This document shows positions 52,308 through 64,000 of a stretch of DNA of 64,000 nt, piece by piece. The notes under the pieces are model-generated. The model ran no database searches. It saw only the letters and a list, made by a program, of their open reading frames with translations, and was not told the origin of the DNA. Each line of letters starts with the position of its first letter. Positions within the stretch are counted from its first letter, which is position 1. Source of the DNA: Mobula hypostoma (lineage: Eukaryota); contig NC_086097.1 in NCBI RefSeq assembly GCF_963921235.1, positions 44,642,001 through 44,706,000 of the forward strand. Direction: 5' to 3'. The translations under genes were made by a program, and so were the position numbers.

Positions 52308-52362
52308 CAGGGCTTCCCAACCTGGTTAATGGTAGCATTCCATGGCAGAATGGGCACCCCTG
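52308..52362. mobile_element. 55-bp hAT-type mini element
   Basis: CAGGGCTTCCCAA...TGGGCACCCCTG; TSD CTCTAAAG/CTCTAAAC. Confidence 0.65.
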
Positions 52363-53958
52363 CTCTAAACCTTTCCTATCTGAGTACCTGTCCGAATGTT
52401 TTGCCTTTCTCTTGCAGCTTTTTCCATATACATAACGGCCTCTGTGTGGAAACAGTTGTTTCTCAGGTCCTCATTTAAAATTTTTCCCTCTCACTTCAAA
52501 TCTACTGTATGTCCTCTGGCTGTTGATACCCTTTGCCGGGAGATGAAGACTGTGCATTCAACCTATCTATTTCCCTTGTGATTTACACAGCTCTAATAAT
52601 GTCTCCCCTCATCTGTGCTGGAAAGAGTAAGTCTGAACTTTATTCTCCTAAACTTTCATTGCACTTTTTCCAGCTTAATGACTTCCTTATAACCAGGTAG
52701 CCACAGTTGTACATAATATTCTAGATGCAGCCTCACCAATATTTTGTACAATATAAGATTCCATCTCCTATAGCAATACTGTCACTGCTACGTGCCAAAT
52801 GCTGCCTTCATCACTCTTTCTTCTTGTGACATCACCTTCAGTTAACTGTGCATTTGTACCCCTAGGTCTCACTGTTCCACAACATCCCCAGACACACTGT
52901 TCACTGTGAAAGTCGTCCCATGGTTATTAATTAGAAATATAAAAGTAAAATCACCTTATTCTAACAATGTAATGCAATAGAGGCTTCTAGTTTTTGTGTC
53001 ACATTTGTTGGATTTTCTGGGTAGCTTTGAAGGACTGTAACAGTTAAGTGTGTATGTGTGTGAGAGAGAGAGATTAGGCTCAAGCTCATGAGTTTTTTTT
53101 AGATAAATTACTAAGCAATAAAGCCATAAAAGCAATAAAATGGCATTGGTGGCAGATGTTGAGCAAACTTCTCAGTGCATTTCTACCAATTTGTGTTGCC
53201 CATGGAAAGTCGAATTTGCGGAGATGTTTTTGTTACATGTTCTTTTTTAGAATCTGGCTCTCAGCACTAACTAGCATCTTTGAGATGTGGGAGGAAACTG
53301 CCTCACGAGGGAGAGATGCACCAGTCACAGGGAGGATGTACAATTTGCACAAACACTTGGTGAATAGGTCTCCGGAGCTGTGAGTTAGCATCATCACCAA
53401 CCTGTCCCTAATCCCCAGTCCCCCCTGAGAAGGTGATGGTGGTGAGCTGTTATCTTGGACTGAGGAATTGCAATCCCCTGAAGGTCCTGTTTGTGATGAG
53501 TTTCGGATCCAGTGATGTTAAAGGACCATATATGATAATCCAGTTAGAATTGTGTGTGATCTGGATGAAATCTGCATGTAGTGATATTCTTATGTAGAAC
53601 ATTGAATCCTTGTGGGTTGAGTTAAGAAACTGCAAGGGTAAAAGGACATTGACGGCCCGTGGGAGCACCTGTGTTAAGGAAGATGGAGAGGGAGGAGCAT
53701 TTGTGCATCCTGACTATCTGAAGTCTATTGGTTAGGAAGGCTAATACCCAGTTGCACAGTGGTCTTAAGTCATTTGGGTAAATTTAGTCTCTTGTAGTAT
53801 AATCACCTAATGTAACTGAGTGTCAAGCTTTCTTTGCTAAATTTTCAGAGTGTAACTACAGTAAAGACAGGAACAGCTGTCATTATATGTGTAATTACAG
53901 TGTGAGTTCTATTTTACATGCTGAACTCACGAATATTCCTTTGTAATTTTGCCAACAG

Positions 53959-54701
53959 CAAAGTATCCTGAGATCAAGTCACTCATGGGACCAGACCCCA
54001 ATCTGAAATGGATTGTGTTTGGAATGGTTGTTACACAGACCATTGCCTGCTACTTTGTGAAAGATTTGCCTTGGAAATGGATCGTCTTCTGGGCTTATGC
54101 TTTTGGAGGTGCTGTCAATCACTCGCTAACCCTCGCCATCCATGATATTTCTCACAATGTTGCATTTGGCAATAAGCTCGCAAAATGGAACCGACTGTTT
54201 GCAATATTTGCTAATCTCCCTGTTGGAATGCCTTATTCTGCATCGTTCAAGAAATACCACATAGATCATCATCGATACCTGGGAGGCGATGGCTTAGACG
54301 TTGATATTCCAACTGATATTGAGGGATGGCTCTTTTGCACTCCATGTCGCAAAATCATTTGGCTTATTCTCCAACCACTTTTTTATGCACTTCGGCCTCT
54401 TTATGTTAACCCTAAACCCATTACAAGACTGGAAGTATTAAATGCTGTGGTGCAGTTTGCATATGATTTTCTCATCTACTACCTGTGGGGTTTGAAGCCT
54501 ATAGTATACCTGATAGCTGGCTCATTCCTGTGTATGGGTATACATCCAATTTCCGGACATTTTATTGCTGAGCATTACATGTTCCTTAAAGGTCACGAGA
54601 CCTATTCGTATTACGGGCCTTTGAACTGGATAACCTTCAATGTTGGATACCATGTTGAACACCATGACTTCCCCAGCATTCCAGGCAGCAAGCTACCACT
54701 G
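53959..54701 (+). CDS. DEGS2: DEGS2 coding exon 2 (three histidine boxes); final exon not in window
   Basis: caacag acceptor, (A)[13 protein letters not shown]...; His boxes HDISH, HIDHH, HVEHH; CTG|GTAAGT donor; 743 bp. Confidence 0.95.
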
Positions 54702-55650
54702 GTAAGTGCAAAAGTTAAAGAAATTAGTGACAGTGAGTAAATGTAGTGTATGAAACAGTAGAAAAGGAACTGAAGCGTTTGCCTCAATTGAGACATTTAT
54801 TGGGCTGCTGTGCTCGACCATGACATTTGAGAAAAATATAAGTACTTGCGTTTCTGCTGCTGTTTATGAGTGCACTGACCTTGGCTAAAAACTGAGGATG
54901 TGTCTTGCCAAGTTAGGAATGATCTCATAAAAAGCTATATAACCTGCTGGCATTCTCTGTCTGAACTTGCAGAACTGGAGACTTTCATAGGTTAGTGCAC
55001 CCCTTCTCTTTCAGGTGAACATTGGGAAAGAATATATTGATTGCTAAACTTCAAAAACCGAAGGTTTGGCCATTCCAATAAAACAACTAACGTCCCATTA
55101 ACAGTATATCTGCTAAATAGTTGCACATTAACTAAATAGAATAGCAAAATTTCAGTCAAGCCTAATACTGTCATAACCTGATATTTGTGTCATTTATAAT
55201 TGCCACATTAATGGAATAACATTATAAGACTACATGGGTAGATCTTACAAATGAGAAGAGGAGGGTCACTTGAGTGGAGTTTTATTATCAAAAAAAGAAT
55301 GGGAACTTGAAGATCAGGAGTGTAGAGAAATTGTTCACACTTGAGAATGGACAGGATGGGATTTGTGAAATGTGTCTAGGAAAGTTTCCTAAGTCATTAT
55401 ATAGAGGAGGGTGCAATACTGGACCTCCTCTTGGGGAACAAGGCAGAACAAATAAAAGAGATGGCAGTCAGGGAGACTTTGACTCTAGTGACCATAATTC
55501 TTTTAGTTTTAAGATGGTGCTGGAAAAGAATAGGTCAGGTTCAAAGGTTAGGGTCTAAACTGGACCAGACTATTTTGGGAGAATTAGACAGGATCTTGCG
55601 AAAGTCGATTGGGTGAGCCTGTTTGAAGGAAAAGGAATGAATGGCAAGTG

Positions 55651-55965
55651 CAAACACGAGGAAATCTGCAGATGCTGGAATTTCAAGCAACACACATAAA
55701 AGTTGCTGGTGAACGCAGCAGGCCAGGCAGCATCTATAGGAAGAGGTACAGTTGACGTTTCGGGCCGAGACCTTCGTCAGGACTATCTGAAAGAAGAGCC
55801 AGTAAAAGATTTGAAAGGGGGAGGGGGAGATCCAAAATGATAGGAGAAGACAGGAGGGGGAGGAATGGAGCCAAGAGCTGGACAGTTGATTGGCAAAAAG
55901 GATATGAGAGGATCATGGGACAGGAGGCCCAGGGAGAAAGAAAAGGGCGAGGGGGGGAAACCCAG
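55651..55965 (-). mobile_element. Penelope-derived insert with near-intact hammerhead motif (55749-55785)
   Basis: Near identical to 15383-15512; minus strand TAGTC-CTGACGA-AGGTCTCGGCCC-GAAAC-GTC-AACTG. Confidence 0.75.
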
Positions 55966-56587
55966 AGGTGGGAAGCTTTTAAGAGTGTGATGGCAAGTGT
56001 TATGTTCCTGTTAGTATGAAGGGTAAACCTGGGAAGTTTAGAGAACCTTGGCTGATAAGAGATATTGAGACTCTTCTCACTGAGACTCTTGTCAAGAAGG
56101 AGGAAGCATACAGTGGGTTTAGGAGGTTGGGAGCAAGCAAATCCCTTGATGACTATGAAGAGATAAAGAACATTTTTAAGAATGAAATCTGGAGAATAAA
56201 GGGAGGGTATGAGATTGAGCTGGCAAGTGAAGTTAAGCAAAATCCAGATGGGTTCGATAGCTAGATTAAATGTGTGGATTGGGAAAGAGCAGGTCCTCTT
56301 GGAGATCAGCAGGGTTACCTATGTTGGGAGCCACAGGATATGGGTGGGACTTAACAAATATTTCTTCTCAGTGTTTACTCAGGAGAAAGTTTTGTTCAAG
56401 AAATGAACGAAACTTTGGAGATATTTTGGAGGATGTTCATATTAACATGGGGAGGCATTTGCAATCTTACAGTGCATTAAGGTGGATGAATCTTTAGTTA
56501 GTTAGGTGGATTCAAAATTAGCTTGGAGGTACAAAGCTGAGAGTGGATGAAGGTTGTTTCTGAGAATGAAGACAGTAACTTATCTAA

Positions 56588-56656
56588 TCATTGAAAGTTC
56601 AGGGGTAGAATTCTCACCTGATGTGGGTGATCTGGGTTCAATTTTCGCTCGATGCA
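56588..56656 (+). pseudogene. tRNA-Gly-derived relic
   Basis: cattg..gttcaggggtagaattctcacctg..gggttcaatt..gatgca aligns end to end with vertebrate tRNA-Gly; anticodon loop is deleted or damaged. Confidence 0.65.
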
Positions 56657-56779
56657 GGAAGTTCAGAATGTGTATAAATACCAGCATTAACTTATAATTT
56701 AACGGTGGTTTAAAGTGTGTGCAGTGACAGGGTCACAGGCTAGTGGTTGATCGGATTAAATGCCTGTAGAAAGAAACTT

Positions 56780-57081
56780 GGGGACGGCACAGTGGCATCG
56801 TGGTCAATGCAACGCTTTACAGTCCCAGTGACCCGGGTTCAATTCCGCCACTGTCTGTAAGGAGTCTGTATATTCTCCCCGTGACAGCGTGGGTTTCCTC
56901 CGGGTGCTACAGTTTCCTCCCACAGTCCAAAGACTGGTTGGTAAGTTAACTGGTCGTTGTAAAATGTCCTGTGATTAAGGTAGGATTAAGTGGGGGGGGG
57001 GGTTAGTGGGCAGCGCAGCTGGAAGACCTGGAAGGGCCTTTTCCGCACTGAATCTCAATCAATCAATCAATAAATAAATAA
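56780..57081 (+). mobile_element. Full-length tRNA-derived SINE (V-SINE/HE1-like)
   Basis: A box TGGCATCGTGG, B box GGTTCAATTCC, conserved core, (AATC)n(AATA)n tail. Confidence 0.85.
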
Positions 57082-60000
57082 GCGAGTAGCGTGCCACAGG
57101 GGTTGGTGTTGGGACCCTTGGTATTTGTTATTTGTATAAATGATTTGGATGCAACTGCACAAGGTTTGATTGATAAATTTGCAGATGATACAAATTGGGA
57201 GGTGGTGTTGACGGTGAAAAAGGTTATTGTAGTTTACAAGAGATCTTGTTCAGTTAGGGAAGAGGGTCAAGGAGTGGCAAATAGATAAATATGAAATGAT
57301 GCATTTAGGAAAGTCAAACCAATGTAGGAATTGTACCATGAATGGTAGGTTGCTGGGGAGTGTAATGGAACAGAAGCACCGAGTGCATGGTTCATTAAAA
57401 GTATTTTGCAGGCAGACAGAGCAGTGGAAAAGCCATTTAGCGTGCTGGACCTCTATTAATCAGAGCATTGAGTAAAGGAGTTGGGACGTTATGTTGCAAT
57501 TGTAGGTAAGTTATTTACGAGTCTGCACTTGGAGTTCTGCGTACAGTTTTGGTCACCTTGTTTTCAGAAAGATGTGGGTAAACTGGAAAGAGTGCGGGGA
57601 AGATGAGATAGTTTGTCGGGACTAGTGTACCTGAATAATAGGGAGAGGTTGGCCAAGCTAGATCTTTATTCCTTGAAATGTAGGAGAATGAGGGAAAAAC
57701 CCAATAGAAATGTTTAAAATTAAGAAAGGCACAGTCAGGTGGAGGTCTTTTCCCCGGTGTAGGGGAGCCCAAAACAAGAGGGCAGAGAGTTAGAATGAGA
57801 GAGGAAAAATTTAAGAGGCCCGAGGAGCAAAGTTTTCATGCAGGTGATAGTGAGTATATGGAATGACCTGCCAGAGGAAGTGGTTGAGGTAGAAATAAAA
57901 GTATCACTTAAGTGTTTGGAGAGTTACATGGTGCCCACCAAGCTAGTCCCAATTCCTGCATTCCTCTAAGCAGCGGCAACTGCAGGAAATTGGGACTAAC
58001 TGAGTGGGCACCATGGTCAACATTGACTTGTTGGGCCAAAGGGCCTGTATCTGTGCTGTATAGTTCTATAACTCTACATATATTTATATCCAACTTGCTG
58101 AATCATTGTTGAATTTGAGCATGAGAGCAAATGAACCCTGAGGAAAAAAAAGAACATAACATTAATCTATTATTGTATAAATTTTATTTTTAATATCACT
58201 TCTACAACTATCAACGTCCTCCCATTACATTTACCTGTCACCTTATCTTCCTATATTCTTCTCCCTTTTCATGTCACTAGAAGAAAGACCCTATCAAAAT
58301 CTTAATAAATAAAAGCTTGCTAGAGATTTAGCAAAAGTCTTAACAAATCAGCTATTCTCTCTTGAAGCTACCCACTTGTAATTTTAAGGGGAGGGGAGAG
58401 ATCATCATTTCACCCACTCCCTACACCACCTGACTGCCATCTCTCCAGAGACCACCCTAACCCCCCCCCATCTTTGTACTACCTCTTTCCTCCTTCCCTC
58501 CACCCCTGGTAAGAATTATCACCCCAACTGACGTCATTTGGTTTATTCTCATTTAAAGAAAAAGCCACAATATTTCAGTTCCAAACAATTAACCTTGCCC
58601 CTTTTGGAAAAAACCACATGTCAAATTCTTAAGGATTATCAAAAGAATTTGGAAGGAATCATGCCGAAGAAATTATTAACATATTGTTTGCAGTTGCCAG
58701 TGGATACTTAGTAATCTTGAATTGCTGGACAACTTAATTAAGTATGGCATCCAACCAGAGGTGTCTACTATCAGGTGATAATCTGTTTCTAAAGTACTGC
58801 TATATAATCTTGAAATAGTCTAGAGGGCAAATCTGATAATTTAACAAATGCCGTTTGTGATATAATGAATAATTTGAGAAATTTGATCTCGTCCCCCTTT
58901 TTATACATAGACATCACATAAAATTAATTTAACTTGGGTTAGAAACTGTATTGACAGTGGCCTGCACAAGTGAGCACCGAGTGGAATTAGTTCCTCACAT
59001 TTCTGGTGACCAGGGCTCTATCCTGTCTTCCAGTACTGTCTGTAGCAACAGTACCTTTTTTTTTTTAAATTTTGCCATTTATCTGCTCTCCATCCCAATA
59101 ATTTCTCCCATTACTTTTTCACTAATGCTACCATTCATTCAGATCCATCGTTTATTATTTCCAACAAATATATATAGAATTTGTCTTTTTTCCCCTTGTA
59201 TCCCATTTAATTTGGGAGGTTGTTTTTGAAGTCTGAGTCCAGACTGAATGAGAACAGAGATGCCTGTCTGCTCATTGCAGCCACACATGGAGTAATTCAT
59301 GGAGATAAGCCCCCACCCTGCCTCGTAATATCTTTAATGACAAATGCTCTGTCGTGCTCAAAGCAAGTTTTGTTTCTTTGAAGACTTTAAACAGGCAAAT
59401 AAACATGCTAACATTTTGAAAACGTCCACCTATCTCTATTGTGTTATTGCTTTGGGAATGTGTAGGAACAAAAATATTTTCTCTCTACAGTGGATGATCA
59501 AGTTTTGAAACTTAGGGGAACTGAAATCATCCATTGCTCTTTAATAAATTATTTAGTGAAAATTTGATTCTTTACAACAGAAGTAAGTTATTAAGCTGGG
59601 CAATTCTTGAGTATTGATCACATATCTGTTAAAAAATATTCAAGGACCATATATAATGGATCTCTAGTAGCCACATAAGCAGAAAAGGCTGGAGGAACTT
59701 GGACTTTATAATCAGATAAGGAACTAAGATAGTTATATCAAGATATATGGGTTAGTTCTGTATGTGGAAGTTTATAAGCAATAATATTACTGTTACTAAA
59801 CTTCCGAAATAGGTTAAAGACTTCAGTTCAAATCAGTAACAGATAAATATTGGAAGATATCTGTGAGTTCGATTTCATATAGAAAGTTTGACTCTTGGCA
59901 AAAAAAACTGGAATTATTTAAATGAGAACACTGTGCTCATGAGGGGTGAGGTGAGTTCCCCTTTCTGGATGCTAAATTTAAGAAAAGCTGCCTCAATATA

Positions 60001-61521
60001 TTACATTCTGATTAAAGTAATTTTCTTCACTTTTATAGTATCAATGAATCTGTACTCTGTGCTGATAATAGTGTATTTGCTATACTCCTCTGTCCAGCAT
60101 TACACTGTATAATATGACGTACCTTGGTGCAAGGGAAAGGCAGCCAAAAACCTCAAACCTCAAACCTCAAACCAAAAGCATTAATTCTGGAAGCAGTATA
60201 CATTCTGTTCATTATTCAAGTTAAACTGGACCTCATCAAATATGTTTATAGTATCCATCTAGACTTTTTTTTAATGACAGCATACACAATCAAGAAAGTA
60301 TCCTGTTAATCTTGATATAACTTTGTTTTCACTAAAGAATTGGTGCACAGAGGATAAACCACACAGAAATAAACTCTGTTTAAAGCCCAGAATTAAATAA
60401 TGCTGAGGAAAGCAAACTTCTGTAAATAATTTTAAATTTGAACTGTTGACTGATTTCAGGCTTTGAGGACTTAATGTTCACTAATAATTAGGAAGGAGGA
60501 GGGAAACTGTGGCAGGTGCCAAAATTTGATCTTCCTAATATGTCTTGGCTCAAAACATCACCTCTTTATTCCTTTCCATAGATACTGCCTGAACTGCTGA
60601 ATTCCTCTTGCATCTTGTGTTTGTTACTCTGGATTTCAGCATCTGCAGAATCTCTTATGTTTCAATTGAGGGCATTTCTGATTATTGACTACCGTTTGTT
60701 AGAATGTCTGTGGGAGTTGTCCAGTAAAACCAGCTTCAACATTTTGCGACTGTTTTTGTAGAAGTAAAGGAGCCAACTTTGTTATGTTTACTTTTCCTGA
60801 GCTTGATGAAGCACTTTAGTAATGTATATGAATTTGAGTATATTCTCTAACTTCACTTCTGGTATAAGGGTATCTGCACTGGTTTGCTTAGGCACTCTGA
60901 TCTGGAGTTTAGTGTCACACCTCTCTACTTGTATTGTACTATGTTTTTCTGTTTGATGTGCGTAACAAAGTTTTAGAAAATATTGGCCATATTCCTAGAC
61001 TGGGATTGATTCCAGACATTCCAGAAGCAGCATACACAGTGAAAAATTAACCGGCATTAATCTGATGCAAACTATCAAGCCAGAGGAATTATTTCAAAAA
61101 TGCCGTCTGTTTACAAAAGCAAAATACCAAAGATGTTGGAAGACTGAAATGAAAACAAGCTGTGGATGTTCAGTAGGGCAGACAGCATTTATGGGGAGGC
61201 AATCAGAATTAATATTTTTATTTATATGACTCTGTGATGTAAAGGTAGTGAATGTTAACTGGTTATTTTTATAATAGTTTTGCAGCACAGTATTGGGCAT
61301 ATTTGTTTTGAATAATAGCTTGTTAAAAGAAGTTAATTTATTTACCAAGCTGTGAATTTATTATTAATAAAAATTTGGGGCTATATTTAAAACATTAGCA
61401 GTATTGGGTTGCATGCAATGGGAAAATATTAAATTTCTCAAAAGTAATGTGGGATCGAATTAGCAGAAAGCTACATTTTTCTGAGGATGCTGGCTAGTCA
61501 TTTGAATATATTGATGTTGCA

Positions 61522-61575
61522 AACCTCATTTAAACAATTAAAAATTAACCTCATTTAAACAATTAAAAATTAACC
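61522..61575. repeat. Perfect 25-bp tandem duplication
   Basis: AACCTCATTTAAACAATTAAAAATT twice, followed by AACC. Confidence 0.9.
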
Positions 61576-62334
61576 CTGGTTGGGTTTCTTGGATGCCTTG
61601 AGGGTGCTGACTGAAGGAAAAATGATGGATCCAGGATGTAAATGCTTTTCTAGTTAGTTCCTGTAACCTGTTTCCCTCCCACTCTCCATTGCCTCTGGGA
61701 ATGTCTCCACGCACTGCATCTGAGGCTTGCATGCAATTAAAATCAAAGCCTTTGTCTTGGCTTTTCTAATAGCTTTTCATATCTCATAAGAGGAGCAAAA
61801 AAACCAAACTGCTGATGTAACTCAGCAGCATCTGTGGTGGGTGGCCGGTGGGGAGAGGGGTGGAAGAGGAGAACAATCATTAACATTTCAGGCCAAAACC
61901 CTGCATCAGGATCGGGACTCATAAGAGGAACTGTGATTCCTAAGAGTGTTCATGAAACTATGCGGGCAACTATTTATACAAAGGTATTAACATATCCTGA
62001 CACATTTGGTCTGGTGGAGAGTTCCCTTCCTTTCCCTAACTTGGCTTTCTTTCAGGTTCTTCTACCGATGGGCTCGCCATTCATTTGCTCCATGTGGGTG
62101 GCTCCATTCTATTCCTCCATTCTATAAACACCTATGAATTATCTTGGCATCATAAGTGTAGAATAATTATTCATTAGCTTTTTGGTGATTGAAAACCAGC
62201 CCCATTGGCAAATGATATTTCAGTTAATGCCAAGCCTACCAATTCCATAGCAGTTTGAACAAATTGAATACCTTTTGGAAAAACAAATTAAAGCAAAGAC
62301 AAAAATATAGGAAAGCTAGTTACAATTTTTGTAA

Positions 62335-62550
62335 ACAGGTTAATGCAATACTACTACAGCAATAGCAACCTGAATTCAATTCATGTCACTGTCTGTAAGG
62401 AGTTTGTAGCTTCTCTCCTTGAGCATGTGTGATTCCTCTCACATCCCAAAAGCATACGGGTTAGTAGGTTAATTGGTCATGTGCGTGTAATAGGGCAACG
62501 CGAGTTTATTGGGCTAGAAGGGCTTGTTACTGTGTTATATCTCTAAATAG
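62335..62550 (+). mobile_element. Decayed SINE
   Basis: cactgtctgtaaggagtttg, ggttaattggtca; similar to 56780-57081. Confidence 0.65.
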
Positions 62551-63669
62551 GAAAAAAATATGAGATCATTAAGTCAGCAAAGGAAACTCAATTCAGATGT
62601 GACATGAAATACTGAAATAAACTTGAGGTAAAGAGATTTGGCAATTAATGAGATTCGGACTGATATGCAATCAAAAAGCTCATAAGATCAAGGAGGAATG
62701 CAGATGTATCAGTAAACTCGAAGCATTGGGGGTTCATTGGCTGTAAACCTATCTTTGAATGAATAGGATGACAGTAAAAAAAAACCCAATCTGACCATAA
62801 TATGTGTTATCTATTTGTGTCATAGAATTGTTTTCTCAACGGGTTTTGCTTGAGATGAGGGAGAGATTTCCTACATATATTTATTATACAATTCTTCAAT
62901 ACATTTTTAACCATATGCAGTGCGAATTCATCATATCATAAAGCATTTTTATCCAATCAATTATTGGAATATGGACCTTCAGATGAAATGAGATCAAAGT
63001 TTAGTGAATTGATTCATAGACTCAACATGAACTAGTTTTAAAATAGATTTGCACGAGAGGAATTTCAGTATAATTAATAGGTCAAGTATTATTTAAATTC
63101 TAATTAGCTTTCAGAAATACTTGTAAGAATGTGATCAATTCCATTTTTCCCTTTCTCTATCCTTGGGTTTATTCTGTTTAAATTTTCCTATTTCTCATTA
63201 ATTTCCCAATTTTTGTAAGTTCTTCAAAGTAATTGTGTGGTGTTCTGCTATTTTTAGTTGTATTTTTGATTTCCAGCATATTTATGTTTTATTCTACATA
63301 GGTTGGACAACTATTTATTTCCTAATTTTGCTTAAATAGATGCTGCTTTTCTATCACTAGTGTGCAAACTGATCTGTCAGAAAGTCGGTTTGATTTCATT
63401 AAATTTTAATGTTCTTTTGTCACTTTTTGTAATTGAGTCATTTCTACAGTCCACCTTGTAATTACATTTTATAGGTTCCGTGCAGAGGTTAATTTAATGC
63501 ATGGAACAATGTAGTCATTTATTCACTGAAACCTTTCCTCATTTGGAACTCTTAGTAGTTTTGTCGGTATAGCTCTTGTTCAGTCTTAATTGATACACTC
63601 TTGTCGCAGAAAACAAAGAGTATAGAGGCAATCATATGATTGTAGCGACTTCTAGGATGTTTTGCCCTT

Positions 63670-63910
63670 ATGCTATCACCCTTCAGCCATCCGGCTCCTG
63701 AACCAGTGTAAACCACTTGAATGGTTTACTCACCTCAACACCGAAGTCATTCCGCAGCCTATGGACTCACTTTCAAGGCCTCTACATCTTACGTTCTCTG
63801 GTTGTTTATTTATTAATTATTATTGGGTTTCTTTGTATTTGCATAGATTGTCTTCTTTTGCTCATTGGTTGCTTGTCAGTCTTTGTGTGTAGTTTTTCAT
63901 TGATTCTATT
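63670..63910 (+). mobile_element. Rex1/Babar-like LINE 3' UTR fragment
   Basis: ccttcagccatccggctcctgaacc, cctatggactcactttcaagg as in other copies. Confidence 0.6.
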
Positions 63911-64000
63911 GCAAACATCCCACACTGCAAAAACTCATTTCAGGGAGATAGCACCACCACCCTCGCCCCCCCACAACCCCATATCCATCCCCCACCCCGG

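Larger units (their letters stand above)
55500..58075 (+). mobile_element. Fragmented CR1 LINE with nested inserts
   Basis: EPWLIRDIETL, PQGLVLGPLVFVICINDLD, KFADDT; hosts a Penelope piece, a tRNA relic and a SINE. Confidence 0.8.

Noticed and set aside
30042..54701. Assignment as DEGS1
   Set aside because: HTQRRKE, HDISH and adjacency to YY1 favour DEGS2, though a phylogeny would be decisive
53949..54740. 263-aa ORF as a standalone intronless desaturase
   Set aside because: It is DEGS2 exon 2 with intronic read-through at both ends; the acceptor at 53958 and donor at 54702 fit exon 1 phase
54702..64000. DEGS2 final coding exon
   Set aside because: No segment resembling the expected V..IA.EYY..LP.H.SW peptide was found by eye; probably beyond the window

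Overview
Vertebrate genomic DNA, most likely a cartilaginous fish (inferred from the repeat content). It holds a complete five-exon YY1 gene on the minus strand (CDS 29479->6144, 356 aa). Head-to-head with it are the first two coding exons of DEGS2 on the plus strand (ATG 30042; exon 3 not found, presumably beyond 64000). The two start codons are only 562 bp apart in one CpG island. The introns are full of decayed transposons: Tc1, Rex1/Babar-like, CR1/L2, RTE, Penelope, Gypsy, tRNA-derived SINEs, and hAT and pogo-type MITEs. Main observations: (1) a young Penelope-derived insertion with a 9-bp TSD places a core-intact minimal hammerhead ribozyme in the sense strand of YY1 intron 2; (2) YY1-binding motifs are clustered in YY1 intron 1; (3) a 40-bp copy of YY1 exon 4 sits behind a pyrimidine-AG acceptor and would act as a poison exon; (4) an unidentified fossil of a repeat-containing coding sequence is partly duplicated in inverted orientation and split by a Tc1. 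Exon coordinates were read from splice sites. Transposon boundaries are approximate and were classified by eye, without database searches.
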